From the NCBI GenBank assembly GCA_050108155.1, contig JBNIDR010000007.1, positions 4,592 through 68,591 on the forward strand: a DNA stretch of 64,000 nucleotides. Direction: 5' to 3'. The number at the start of each line of letters is the position of its first letter. The first letter of the stretch is position 1. The notes below the pieces were generated by a model. The model made no database searches and was not told where the DNA came from. It saw only the letters and a program-made list of their open reading frames with translations. The translations under genes and the position numbers were made by a program. The stretch comes from Candidatus Bathyarchaeia archaeon (GTDB lineage: Archaea; Thermoproteota; Bathyarchaeia; Bathyarchaeales; Bathycorpusculaceae). Of the stretch, positions 19,688 through 29,196 are shown piece by piece.

Positions 19688-20245
19688 TTAAGCGACGGCT
19701 TCTAATACGTTTCTTTCTGCTAGCTGGTCACAGAATATCTTTACTGTTCGCTTAAGCGTGTCCTCATCGCCTACACCAGAACAGATTAGTTTACCTGTTA
19801 AAAAAACAAGAAACGTGGCTTTTCCCATGTTGTAGACAGCTGCTGGAAATTTGTCTGGCTCGTAAACCACTTTTTCGAATTGCTTTGTAAACTGCTCCAT
19901 AGATATGGAGGCTCCGTTTATGGAAACAGAGGTTACGAGGTTTTTTACGCTGCATTCAAAATTGCAATTGGTCGAAACCAAACTTTTCTCTTTCAAAATA
20001 TTTAGGAACGTGCGGGTTGCTTCTTTGCCTCTTATCTCAGATTTTGTTCCAGTGCAGACGAATTTTCCATTTCTAAAAAGCAAAAAAGTTGCTGGTGAAA
20101 GTTTGGGTTTGAATGATAAACCGGGAAATCTTCTCCAATTGCATTTAGATCCATCTAATTTTGAATGTGCAGCATTGAGGTCGATAGCTTCACTGAAGGC
20201 TCCAGTCATTACGACATTCTGTATTGTAATCTCAACTTTAAACAA
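19688..20245 (-). CDS. tbp: TATA-box-binding protein (divergent copy)
   Basis: Two TBP repeats: IQNVV..DL..RRFPGLSF..ATFLLFRNGKFVCTG and VKNLV..YEPDKFPAAVY..TFLVFLTGKLICSG. Confidence 0.9.
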   Translation of the reverse strand: MFKVEITIQNVVMTGAFSEAIDLNAAHSKLDGSKCNWRRFPGLSFKPKLSPATFLLFRNGKFVCTGTKSEIRGKEATRTFLNILKEKSLVSTNCNFECSVKNLVTSVSINGASISMEQFTKQFEKVVYEPDKFPAAVYNMGKATFLVFLTGKLICSGVGDEDTLKRTVKIFCDQLAERNVLEAVA

Positions 20246-20332
20246 GCTTTAACTACCCTAAAAAATTAGTTTCTGTAGCCTTAAAAAGCCGAAACTATTT
20301 TTGACTCAATGGCCTTGTGAGCTACTGAACTT

Positions 20333-20677
20333 TTATTGTGCCTCAGGCGTTTTTATCTTCAGACCTTTGATCAATTCTTCCGCAAATTTCGCTCCGGCGT
20401 CAAGCTCATGAAACGGTTCATTCGAATTTTGCAAAGATTCTTCAGTCATAGCCTTCTTATCATTAACCTCGGGCATACCAACAGCTTGGTCTGTTTGAAC
20501 AGGCACTCTTTTTTCTTCAATGGCGTTAAAGCCTTCTTCCCCCCATTCAACATCTGAATCAGCGAGTTCTCGCCAGCATTCCCTGCAAATTGGTAGTTTT
20601 TCGCTCCCGACCTGAATGTAAACAACTATGTCGGTGCCTTGGCAGTTTAATTTCAGAGGATTATGACAAACCTCCAT
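20333..20677 (-). CDS. Hypothetical protein with Cys cluster
   Basis: CHNP..C..PICRECW. Confidence 0.55.
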   Translation of the reverse strand: MEVCHNPLKLNCQGTDIVVYIQVGSEKLPICRECWRELADSDVEWGEEGFNAIEEKRVPVQTDQAVGMPEVNDKKAMTEESLQNSNEPFHELDAGAKFAEELIKGLKIKTPEAQ

Positions 20678-20759
20678 GTTATGTACTCTCAGAAAACCAT
20701 TTCTCAGCCTTTTTTAAAACAAGCAAACCTCAAAGAAGTGAGAACTGAAGGCGTATGGA

Positions 20760-23276
20760 TTGAGTAGCCAAAACGTAAAAATTCAAGAAAGTAGACTCCA
20801 CGTTTTAGGCGTCGATGCAGAAATCGACCCTGCCGTCGGACACAAGCTAAAGAGAGGCATTTACGCTACTGACCGCATTCATTCTTTGGTCACGGGGTTT
20901 CCAGGGTGCGGCAAAACGCGTTTTCTTCTATCGATGATAAAACAGCACATAGACAACGACGAAGGCTTCCTAGTTTTAGATTCCCACAGAGACCTCACAC
21001 CTCTAGTTTTATCGCATATTCCACCAGAAAAATGGGACAAAGTTGTCTATATTAATCCTTGGTCAGCATTCGAAAACAAATATGATAACCGTGTAGTACA
21101 AATTAACTTTTTAGAATGCAAAGACCCACGCGACCGAGACGTCATAGCAAGAATGTTCATGGATACTCTTGAAAAAATCTATGAACGCTGGTGGGGTCCG
21201 AGACTTGACATGATCCTGTTAAACGCCCTCTACTTGCTTATGGAAAAAGAATCCGCCAAACTCCCAGACTTATATAAAATACTGGCAGATCAAGAATTCC
21301 GCGACATGCTTACAGCAAAATGCAAGGACAACAATGTTAAGGTTTTTTGGGAAAAGCAATATGACAAAATGCCAAAAGACGCCTCAGTAGCTGTCCTAAC
21401 AAAAATGTATAGGCTCGTCCAAGAGAGAATAATTGTCCCCTTGTTCATGGCAGAGAAAAGCTGCATAGACTTCAGAAAAGCCATGGATCAACGCAAAATC
21501 GTCATAGTTGACCTTCCAGAAGGAAAAGTCACAACCGACATCGCCAACTTTGTCGGCAGCTTAATCCTATCAAGAATATACATTGCGGGAATGTCAAGAG
21601 AGGACATCCCTGAGGAAGAACGCCAACCCTTCTTTGTATATGTAGACGAAGCTTACCGTTACACAACCAAAAGCATCCCAGAAACGTTACAATCCCTAAG
21701 AAAATTCAAGGTTTTCATGACCTTAGCTAGCCAATACCTTGAGCAGTATCGTAAAGATATTCAGGAAGCGATCACTCAAACATGCGAAACGATTATCTCT
21801 TTTCGAGTCGGAGAAGACACCGCCAAAACTCTAGAGAAATTTTATCCAAAAGAATACGGCTTTCAGACTCTAATGAACCTACCAAGACACCTATTTTTTG
21901 TTTCAACACCCTTCTGTGGAAACCGCGAATACCAGGTCTTAGAAACAATAGATTACAAAACAGGTCCAAGCAATCCAGATGACATAATTAAGCACAGTCT
22001 AGAAAAATACGGCCGTAAGGTTGATGTTGACGAGTTAATGGGCCAAGTAAAAAACAGGGTGAAGCAAGAGGAATTCTTAGACTGGCCTGTAACGCCAGCC
22101 GAATGGGTTGTGCTTCTTACAATCCGATTGTTTGGCGGATCAACTGACGAGGAATCCTTAAGAAATCACCTTTTGTACGATCCTGCTAAGCCTAAATCTT
22201 ATGCGCTCACCGAAGTCTGGTTCGCAAACGCCCTCAAAAGCCTCTCAATCGATAATGTCAAACGAGAGGCATGGTTAACTTTTAAGGATGAAACTGTACG
22301 TCAATGGCGAGAAGAAGCGTATGCATACGGCAAAAAAGAGGTAAAAGCCAGAGAAGAGCGCAAAAGAATTTGGAGCCTTGACTTAAGCGACAATAAAGCA
22401 AAGCGGCTACTCGATAGCACTTTTAAAGGTGATAAAGCAGGCAACGTAAAACACATACAAGTAATTACAGCCGAACGAAGAATTTACTGGCTAAACGGCT
22501 GGATCGTTCGATTAGATACAGGCGAGACGGATGAAAGTATCGCTGACCTCTACGTCACACCTACTTCGCCCTCAACGAGTGTTGAAGGCGCTAAGGGCTA
22601 TATTGACCCAAATCACTGGGACTACACACGCAGTTTCGCTGTTGAGGTAGAAAGTTACCCACAGAAACACTGGGACCGCTTGGAGAACAATTACAAACGG
22701 AACAGACGAATGGGGTTCCCCACGGTTTTCCTTGTCCCGAACGAAGCACTTGAGGGTGAACTGAAAAAGAAACTGGTTGAATGGAAAGCCACCTTTGTAG
22801 CTAATTCCATAAAATTCGAAGCCAACCATCCCGAGATGGCTACAATCGTAGTGTCTAAAACACTCGATTACCCAACAGAAGACACCCATGAATCAGCAGA
22901 TAACAAAACTGATGGGACAAACGAGATAGGGCAAAACCAAACAACTCAGCCAATTGAAGGGCAAAAGGAATCACAAGCGAAAAATGTCCCCAATCAATTT
23001 ACACCGCCAACCAGAGACAACACTGAAACAGCCTCTGATGCAACAAAAAAACAAGCTACAAAAACATGTAATCAGATAAACTCAACAAGCAATAAGGAAA
23101 ACAACATACAAGCGCTCTGTCAATCAGGTTGGCAGTTCACTATCAAGACAATCCGAGGAAAGAGGTACTTCTACGCAAGAAGAGGCAGAAACGAAAACAA
23201 ATGTTTAGGCTTAATGGACGAAGAAACGAGCAATACAATCGAAAAGCTCAAATTGGGTGTTTCTGGCTTAGAATAA
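20760..23276 (+). CDS. VirD4/TraG-like coupling ATPase with long C-terminal extension
   Basis: Walker A GFPGCGKT, Walker B FVYVDEAY, LRKFKVFMTLASQYLEQ. Confidence 0.82.
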   Translation: MSSQNVKIQESRLHVLGVDAEIDPAVGHKLKRGIYATDRIHSLVTGFPGCGKTRFLLSMIKQHIDNDEGFLVLDSHRDLTPLVLSHIPPEKWDKVVYINPWSAFENKYDNRVVQINFLECKDPRDRDVIARMFMDTLEKIYERWWGPRLDMILLNALYLLMEKESAKLPDLYKILADQEFRDMLTAKCKDNNVKVFWEKQYDKMPKDASVAVLTKMYRLVQERIIVPLFMAEKSCIDFRKAMDQRKIVIVDLPEGKVTTDIANFVGSLILSRIYIAGMSREDIPEEERQPFFVYVDEAYRYTTKSIPETLQSLRKFKVFMTLASQYLEQYRKDIQEAITQTCETIISFRVGEDTAKTLEKFYPKEYGFQTLMNLPRHLFFVSTPFCGNREYQVLETIDYKTGPSNPDDIIKHSLEKYGRKVDVDELMGQVKNRVKQEEFLDWPVTPAEWVVLLTIRLFGGSTDEESLRNHLLYDPAKPKSYALTEVWFANALKSLSIDNVKREAWLTFKDETVRQWREEAYAYGKKEVKAREERKRIWSLDLSDNKAKRLLDSTFKGDKAGNVKHIQVITAERRIYWLNGWIVRLDTGETDESIADLYVTPTSPSTSVEGAKGYIDPNHWDYTRSFAVEVESYPQKHWDRLENNYKRNRRMGFPTVFLVPNEALEGELKKKLVEWKATFVANSIKFEANHPEMATIVVSKTLDYPTEDTHESADNKTDGTNEIGQNQTTQPIEGQKESQAKNVPNQFTPPTRDNTETASDATKKQATKTCNQINSTSNKENNIQALCQSGWQFTIKTIRGKRYFYARRGRNENKCLGLMDEETSNTIEKLKLGVSGLE

Positions 23277-23411
23277 TCCCGCTAAGCTCTCGTTTTTTGA
23301 TTTAAATATTCTTGGGAAATTAGTTATCGTATCCTATCTGGAACAAACATTGTCTGTAAAGACTGCTTGCCGGCGTTAAGGCTATGATCCAATGCTGGGG
23401 AAGCATCGGAC

Positions 23412-23601
23412 AGCGGTCAAAAGACCGAAACTGCGGTTAAAAACGCGGTTACACGGTTAAAATGACCGTTCAAATTAATCAGGTTATCTTCTGCAAAGAT
23501 TTTGTTTTTTGCGGTTACACATGCGGTTAAAATCTGATTAAAGCGTATTTTGCGGTTACATTGATGGCAGTTTGCGGTTACAAATGGCCTATGCGGTTAC
23601 A
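23412..23601 (+). repeat. Cluster of GCGGTTA(A/C) direct repeats (iteron-like)
   Basis: Copies near 23433, 23445, 23511, 23523, 23552, 23574, 23593 plus variants at 23413 and 23453, in a ~500-bp ORF-free gap. Confidence 0.75.
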
Positions 23602-23794
23602 GCTCCACTCTTAGCAAGGGCAATTTGCTCAACACAGGCATTCTTTTTTAGCTATTAAATATCCGTCATCATACTACAAACAGGGCAGCACCAAGCGGTC
23701 AATGACAACCCCAAGAAATGTTGTTTCAGAAGGATTTGAAAAATGAGTCAAAGCAAGAACGCACAACGAAGCGAGAAATAAGGAGGTATATCAA

Positions 23795-24526
23795 ATGGAA
23801 AACTTGCCAGTAAATCTGGAATGCCTGAGCCGAGACCTTGGTTCATATCTCTTCAATTGCAATGGAGTCCCAACTCTTCAAAAAACTGAGGCCCTAATGT
23901 CCCATGAACATAGAGACGAAATCGCCGCGCCAAGAGAACTATTGCTAAGATACCCAGACATAACAATTCATGTGGCCAGCGAAACGGTGGCCGTCTTGAA
24001 AAACAAAGCTAAAACAGGAGTGGCATCCGATGTCGTCTCTTCCTTCATTTATAACTTTAGGAAGAACTTTCTGGTGCATGAAACCTTTAACATTTACAGA
24101 GTTGGAGATTGCCTGCCAGTTAATGGGTTGTGGATAATTAGGTTAGAGCATGATTCACCAGACGTAATGTTCCGCAGCCGCGTGACCTTTGGGTTTGCCA
24201 AACCAAAACTATTCTGCTTTATGCCTGAAGCCACAGGTCGATTCCTACTCAAATACGGTGTAGACCTAACTCGCATGCTTGAAGCAAAATATGTAATTAT
24301 TTCTCCACCCAGTAGAATGCACTTGATATTCCGAGAGGATATCGAAGAATTCAAACGCAGAATTAAACCAACAGGGGCAGTTCCAGTCTTGGCTGTGAAT
24401 AGTCTCAACGCGGAAGATACAGGTGGAAAAATGATTTTATCTGACGACTTTAGAGCTCTACCCCAAGGGTTTGCTGTTCTCCCAAAAGTGATTCCAAGCG
24501 TCTACGACGTTGAAACGCTACTTTAA
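23795..24526 (+). CDS. Hypothetical protein
   Basis: 243 aa ORF with GGAGGT SD. Confidence 0.65.
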   Translation: MENLPVNLECLSRDLGSYLFNCNGVPTLQKTEALMSHEHRDEIAAPRELLLRYPDITIHVASETVAVLKNKAKTGVASDVVSSFIYNFRKNFLVHETFNIYRVGDCLPVNGLWIIRLEHDSPDVMFRSRVTFGFAKPKLFCFMPEATGRFLLKYGVDLTRMLEAKYVIISPPSRMHLIFREDIEEFKRRIKPTGAVPVLAVNSLNAEDTGGKMILSDDFRALPQGFAVLPKVIPSVYDVETLL

Positions 24527-25129
24527 GAGCTTATTCACAAGCTCAAAGTTGGAAGAGTTTTTCAGTATCTTTATAGCGTTCTCTTCTAGTTCAGCCACTA
24601 CCTTTAGCGTATCCCATAACAGATACACCATTCCCTGCGTAGTCTTACGGCTGACCTCTTCTTCCAAAGGCAGGTCCCCTGACTGACTAATCGGGCTAGT
24701 TTTTCCGTCTCTTTCACGCAAAACGATGCGATTTGGATTGAGAGCCAATAATGCCTTAACAACTGCAGAATGCACGGTGCCATTTACTGCAACCATAGAG
24801 GCCTCATCGATGTCTTTTACCATAGCCGATAGCTCGTCAACATAGAGTGCTCTGTAGCCCCGAAACTTTGAAGTCTCAACAAACCCAAAAAATATAGAAC
24901 TGGCCCCTCCGGCGCCGCGTGACAACTCTAACCAGAGTTTTATGGCATCGTTTAGTGCGAGTTCTTGAGTACCTTTAAGCTTGCCAAAAACTTCCCTAAC
25001 TCTTGTCTGAAACTCTTCGAATAGTTGAGGATCTACCCTCAAACTTGTTTTGGCTCTATTGGAACTTTTATAGATAATTTGAGTGCTTTCCTGCAAATTG
25101 GACACCCATAAACTTAGTTGGACATCCAA
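24518..25129 (-). CDS. Putative regulator with ribbon-helix-helix-like N-terminus
   Basis: KTSLRVDPQLFEEF..ALNDAIKLWL; divergent from the main operon. Confidence 0.5.
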   Translation of the reverse strand: MDVQLSLWVSNLQESTQIIYKSSNRAKTSLRVDPQLFEEFQTRVREVFGKLKGTQELALNDAIKLWLELSRGAGGASSIFFGFVETSKFRGYRALYVDELSAMVKDIDEASMVAVNGTVHSAVVKALLALNPNRIVLRERDGKTSPISQSGDLPLEEEVSRKTTQGMVYLLWDTLKVVAELEENAIKILKNSSNFELVNKLLK

Positions 25130-25309
25130 CTAATTAATCTTTCTAAAATCTAATTTTCAATTTATTTCAGGGTCCAATAAGCTAACCCGCAACTGCGGGT
25201 CACCTTTTTTCGGTTTAAACTGAGGGATGCAGCGGAGCGTCTAAGCCCTGGCTCCAGCCTAGCGAACGCTAGGTTCCCTCAGAGGCAACAAATAGGAGGT
25301 AAAAATTGT

Positions 25310-25582
25310 ATGTACCGACACAGATTTTCTAGGCGTATTTTGCCCCCTGAAAAATACATAATTCAGGGAATCCTAAAACCCGAACATAAACCAAAACGAA
25401 AAAAACAATTAGTAAAAAATCCCAGACCCATCTCATCGGGAAGCCCACACACAGGTATTTGTGACTTTTGCGATTTCCGTGACAAACATTCTGCCTACTG
25501 CCTAATCAAACGACTGGGAAACAACTGCCCCTACACTAACGGTAGCGCTGGGTACGTTGCCTTCAAGTTGTTCAAGAGTTAG
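25310..25582 (+). CDS. Small Cys-rich hypothetical protein
   Basis: CDFCDF..C..NCPY; SD GGAGGT. Confidence 0.5.
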   Translation: MYRHRFSRRILPPEKYIIQGILKPEHKPKRKKQLVKNPRPISSGSPHTGICDFCDFRDKHSAYCLIKRLGNNCPYTNGSAGYVAFKLFKS

Positions 25583-25593
25583 GAGGTGGAAAA

Positions 25594-26739
25594 TTGAAGC
25601 TGGACGCTATTGAAAAAAGATTAGACTTAGCCTACGAAATGAGACAAGACGACCTTGAACCCATTACCCCCCATTTAATTGGTCCACCTGGTGTAGGCAA
25701 ATCAACGATAGTGCGAGAGCACGCTCAGAAAAAAGCCAAACTTCTTTGCAAACAATTTGTGGACTTTGACATGTTAACACCTGAAGACATCGAACGCCTG
25801 ACAAAGGAGCCAGACAAGTACTATGTTTTCGCAGATAAACGTCTAACTGGGCTTGACCCGATTGATCTTTCTGGCCTACCACGGTTAGTAAACGGGTACC
25901 AATACGTCATGTTTCTTCCCTTAGCACTGGCCAAACTCCTGAATAAAACCGCTGGACTACTATTTCTAGATGAATTTCTAAACGAAAACCGACCAAACAT
26001 GCTCAGCGCGTCTTACAAAATTGTTCGCGACTATAAAATCGGTGACATCGCATTAAACAAGCAAACACTAGTCGTTGCGGCATCAAATGGTTCAGAGCAC
26101 AGCAGCATTTCAAATAGCATTCCAAAGCCACTCAGAGATCGCTTTGATTTTATAGAAACAGAGCCGCCGACAGTTGACAGTTGGGCTCAGTGGATGGACA
26201 ATCGTTATGGAGCGACGAAATGGGAACGCAACATACTAGCCTACTTGCTTTGGAAACCAAGCGATTTTCTAGCCAACATCACTGATACAGTTGAGGATAA
26301 CGGTTATGAGCCGCCCGCAACGCCCAGAGGCTGGAGCTATGTTAGCTTAGCCTTCATGAAAACTCAAGATACAGAAATGCGTGCAAGCGTAGCTAAGGGC
26401 AAACTAGGAAGAGTTGGCGAAACATTACTTGCTTTTCTTGCAAATAAGGTTCCTCCCTTTAACGAACTCGTAGCAAAACCTGAGGTCATCAGGGACTTCA
26501 ATATAGAGCAGAAATATCTCGCTGCATTGACAGTAGCAGAAGCTATAACCACAACAACGCAGAATATCCAAAAAGCCAAAAAATTCATGGGGTTTGTGGC
26601 AGAAAAAGACGACCGAGAATTCATATCTGCCTTGTTTGCCTTCCTTCAAAAGCAACACCGGCGGGAACTATTCTTAGCGGTAAAAGATAACCCTGAGGTG
26701 CTTAAGGCCCTCGAACTTACTGGCAAAGCTCTTCTCTAA
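25594..26739 (+). CDS. MoxR/dynein-related AAA+ ATPase
   Basis: GPPGVGKS, LFLDEF, PLRDRF, ATPRGW. Confidence 0.85.
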   Translation: MKLDAIEKRLDLAYEMRQDDLEPITPHLIGPPGVGKSTIVREHAQKKAKLLCKQFVDFDMLTPEDIERLTKEPDKYYVFADKRLTGLDPIDLSGLPRLVNGYQYVMFLPLALAKLLNKTAGLLFLDEFLNENRPNMLSASYKIVRDYKIGDIALNKQTLVVAASNGSEHSSISNSIPKPLRDRFDFIETEPPTVDSWAQWMDNRYGATKWERNILAYLLWKPSDFLANITDTVEDNGYEPPATPRGWSYVSLAFMKTQDTEMRASVAKGKLGRVGETLLAFLANKVPPFNELVAKPEVIRDFNIEQKYLAALTVAEAITTTTQNIQKAKKFMGFVAEKDDREFISALFAFLQKQHRRELFLAVKDNPEVLKALELTGKALL

Positions 26740-26756
26740 CTGGAAGGTGACAGTAA

Positions 26757-26969
26757 ATGGAAAAATTACAGTTCAGAGCCGTTCCATTTTCAGAGATAGA
26801 ATCTTGCCCATGTAAACGTCTTGACCCAGAGCATTACTTGCCAGTTCATCGGACTTGGGAGTGCATCTACGCGGGTAAGCTGCGAACGAAAGGAGCTATC
26901 GTGAGAGCGTGGCTAAACGACCAAATAACAACCGACCAATTTCTTTTGGCTTGCAAATACGTGAAGTAA
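26757..26969 (+). CDS. Hypothetical protein
   Basis: 70 aa ORF within the operon, with SD. Confidence 0.5.
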   Translation: MEKLQFRAVPFSEIESCPCKRLDPEHYLPVHRTWECIYAGKLRTKGAIVRAWLNDQITTDQFLLACKYVK

Positions 26970-26998
26970 ACCAACAGCCAAACAAGGAGGCTACTAGA

Positions 26999-28295
26999 AT
27001 GGATGTTAGCGGCATAAAGAATGACATTCGAGACATTAGGATCTTTTCGGGCAGATATTTTCCCTTTATTGTCATTCCGTTGAGCTATGCAAGAATTATA
27101 GCATCTGAGCAGGTACCTACCGCAGGCGTTGACGAAAAGGGCAGAATAGTTGTTAATCCTAACTGGTGGAGTACGCTAAATGTCGAGTCAAAACGGTATG
27201 CGATGATTCATGAATGTTTGCATCTGGTTCTTTGTCACCCTTTCAGAGCAAGAGGTTTTAGCCTAATGGTCTACAATATCTGCGCTGATGGCAAGGTTAA
27301 CTATGCGATAAATGAGGCAAACGTGGCAGGTGTCACTTTCCAAGGTGATGGTTTAGTGACATTGAACTCTCTTGCAACCATAACAAAGCTTCAAGTTGAA
27401 GATTTACGCAAGATGAGCACAGAAGAAATAGTTCGAATTATAGAAAACTCACAAGCTTCAACCCCAATCGAGGAACAAACAACCCAGGAAAGCCAGAATA
27501 ATTCAAAAGGCACCCCAAATTTCGGTGATGACTTGCTTAAGGGACAAGTTGATGGAGAAATCATCCAGAATGGAGAGCGCGCACTTAGCGGGTCCTTAAC
27601 TGAGGAAGAGCTTAAACAGGCATGGAAACAACTCTGCGAAAAAGCCAAAGCTTTTGCTAAGCAAGCTGGAACATTACCGGCATCCCTTGAACGAATCGTT
27701 GATGAGGTACTGGAGGTTAAACCTCCATGGCAGACAACCCTCCGCTTCGGCTTACGCAACAGTTCACTCTTTGACTCAAGCTTTGCATATCCAAACCGTA
27801 AAAACGACGACCTGCCCGGACCAATAGGCTACTCCAGCACTGTCTGGTGCTTGGTGGATAGACAACCAAAGTCAATTCTGAAGACTTTTTGCCCCACACA
27901 CAAGTGGAAGCATCGGACAAGACGAGTTACAACACTTTTTAGGAATAGCCAAACATGAAGCACGAAACGCTTCTCTCCGAGTAGTCGCTTGGGATGCCCA
28001 GGCTTACGATACGCTGAAAGCTGAAAGACCAAGCGAAGTCGCACGCAAGATAGCATCAAAAATGAAGGGCGGCGGCGGAACGGTATGTCTTCCTGCGCTA
28101 CAAAGGGTTCACAAGCTCATGAATGCTGGCGATGCGGTAATTATGCTCACAGACGGAGACATCTTCGACACAGAAAAAGAAGAGACCCAAGGATGGTTCC
28201 GCAGAGTTGCAGATAAAGCAGGTTTTGCCCTGATTGGCTATACCCATAAGCCTGTCGAGGTGCCTGGCTTCACTAAAGCATTCATAGAACTGTAA
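26999..28295 (+). CDS. DUF2201-type metallopeptidase plus vWA protein; predicted spliced, join(26999..27859,27900..28295), 418 aa
   Basis: HECLH zinc motif; after removing 27860-27899 the frame reads VWCLVDTSGSIGQDEL..KGGGGT..MLTDGD (complete MIDAS); explains split ORFs 26909-27958 and 28062-28295. Confidence 0.85.
27860..27899 (+). other. Predicted 40-nt BHB intron in a protein-coding gene
   Basis: Outer UGCUUG/CAAGUG, central GUGG/CCAC, 3-nt bulges AUA and ACA, intron stem GACAA/UUGCC plus AAAGUC/GACUUU. Confidence 0.85.
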
Positions 28296-28548
28296 CCGCG
28301 CTAAAGGCTCTATTTCTTAATTTCAGTGTCTCTCGATTTGGGATCCCTTTTTTTGTAAACCATGTTCGGTAGCGAGAGCTCTCAACTGCTACACTCCAAA
28401 CGGGGCACATGGAGAAGAGCTCACACGAGGTGTAAAACATGAAAATCAAAAAAGTCAGTTTGCAATGGAAGAAAAAACGACGCTTCTCGAACTTTGCAGT
28501 CTGGCACCAAGAAGGCTGCGAAAATCACAGCATTAAGGAGATGAAAAC

Positions 28549-29184
28549 ATGGAACCCGTAGAAGAATATAGGCTGGGCGAAGAGATTCTGCGTATCTACG
28601 TTGAAGAGAATCCTGAAAGCCCACGTCATTGGGATAATTTGGGCAAAATAATTGGTTGGCATCGAAGATACAATATCGGCGATGGGAATCCTTTCAGTAC
28701 ACCTAACGATTTCTACATTTGGCTCAAAACGCACCCATCGATAGTTTTGAATCTGTATATGTTTGATCATAGCGGGCTTATGTTTAATACAAGCGGCTTT
28801 AGCGACCCCTGGGATAGCATGCAAGTAGGCTACATTTATGTTGAGCTCAACCGAATCCGCAGCGAATACGGCAAGAAACACATCAGCAAAAAGACTGTTG
28901 AAGCAGTCAGGCGAGTTTTGCAGAGCGAAGTCGAAGTTTACAATCAATACGTTAACGGCGAAGTCTATGGCTTTACGCTTGAAAAAGTATTCACATGCGG
29001 AAGATGCAGAGAAGAGCATAGTGAAACAGTTGATTCTTGCTGGGGCTTCTATGGCGATGTTGATCCTCGAAAAAACGGCATGATTGACCATCTTCCAGAA
29101 AGATGGCAAAAATTCCTGCAAGCTCAGAAGGCAATAGCGGCTTGCATATGCGAAAAATCCGATTGCCTAAGAGAACAAGAGTAA
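28549..29184 (+). CDS. Conserved mobile-element hypothetical protein
   Basis: SPRHWDNLG..LYMFDHSGL..WDSMQVGYIYV..YVNGEVYGF pattern recalled from phage/ICE hypotheticals. Confidence 0.6.
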   Translation: MEPVEEYRLGEEILRIYVEENPESPRHWDNLGKIIGWHRRYNIGDGNPFSTPNDFYIWLKTHPSIVLNLYMFDHSGLMFNTSGFSDPWDSMQVGYIYVELNRIRSEYGKKHISKKTVEAVRRVLQSEVEVYNQYVNGEVYGFTLEKVFTCGRCREEHSETVDSCWGFYGDVDPRKNGMIDHLPERWQKFLQAQKAIAACICEKSDCLREQE

Positions 29185-29196
29185 AGGAGGTGAAAA

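Noticed and set aside
23412-23601. CRISPR array
   Set aside because: Repeats are 8-10 bp with irregular spacing; no cas genes
26909-28295. vWA gene as a simple frameshift pseudogene or programmed frameshift
   Set aside because: The disruption is a discrete 40-nt insert with canonical BHB geometry, and both exons are otherwise intact
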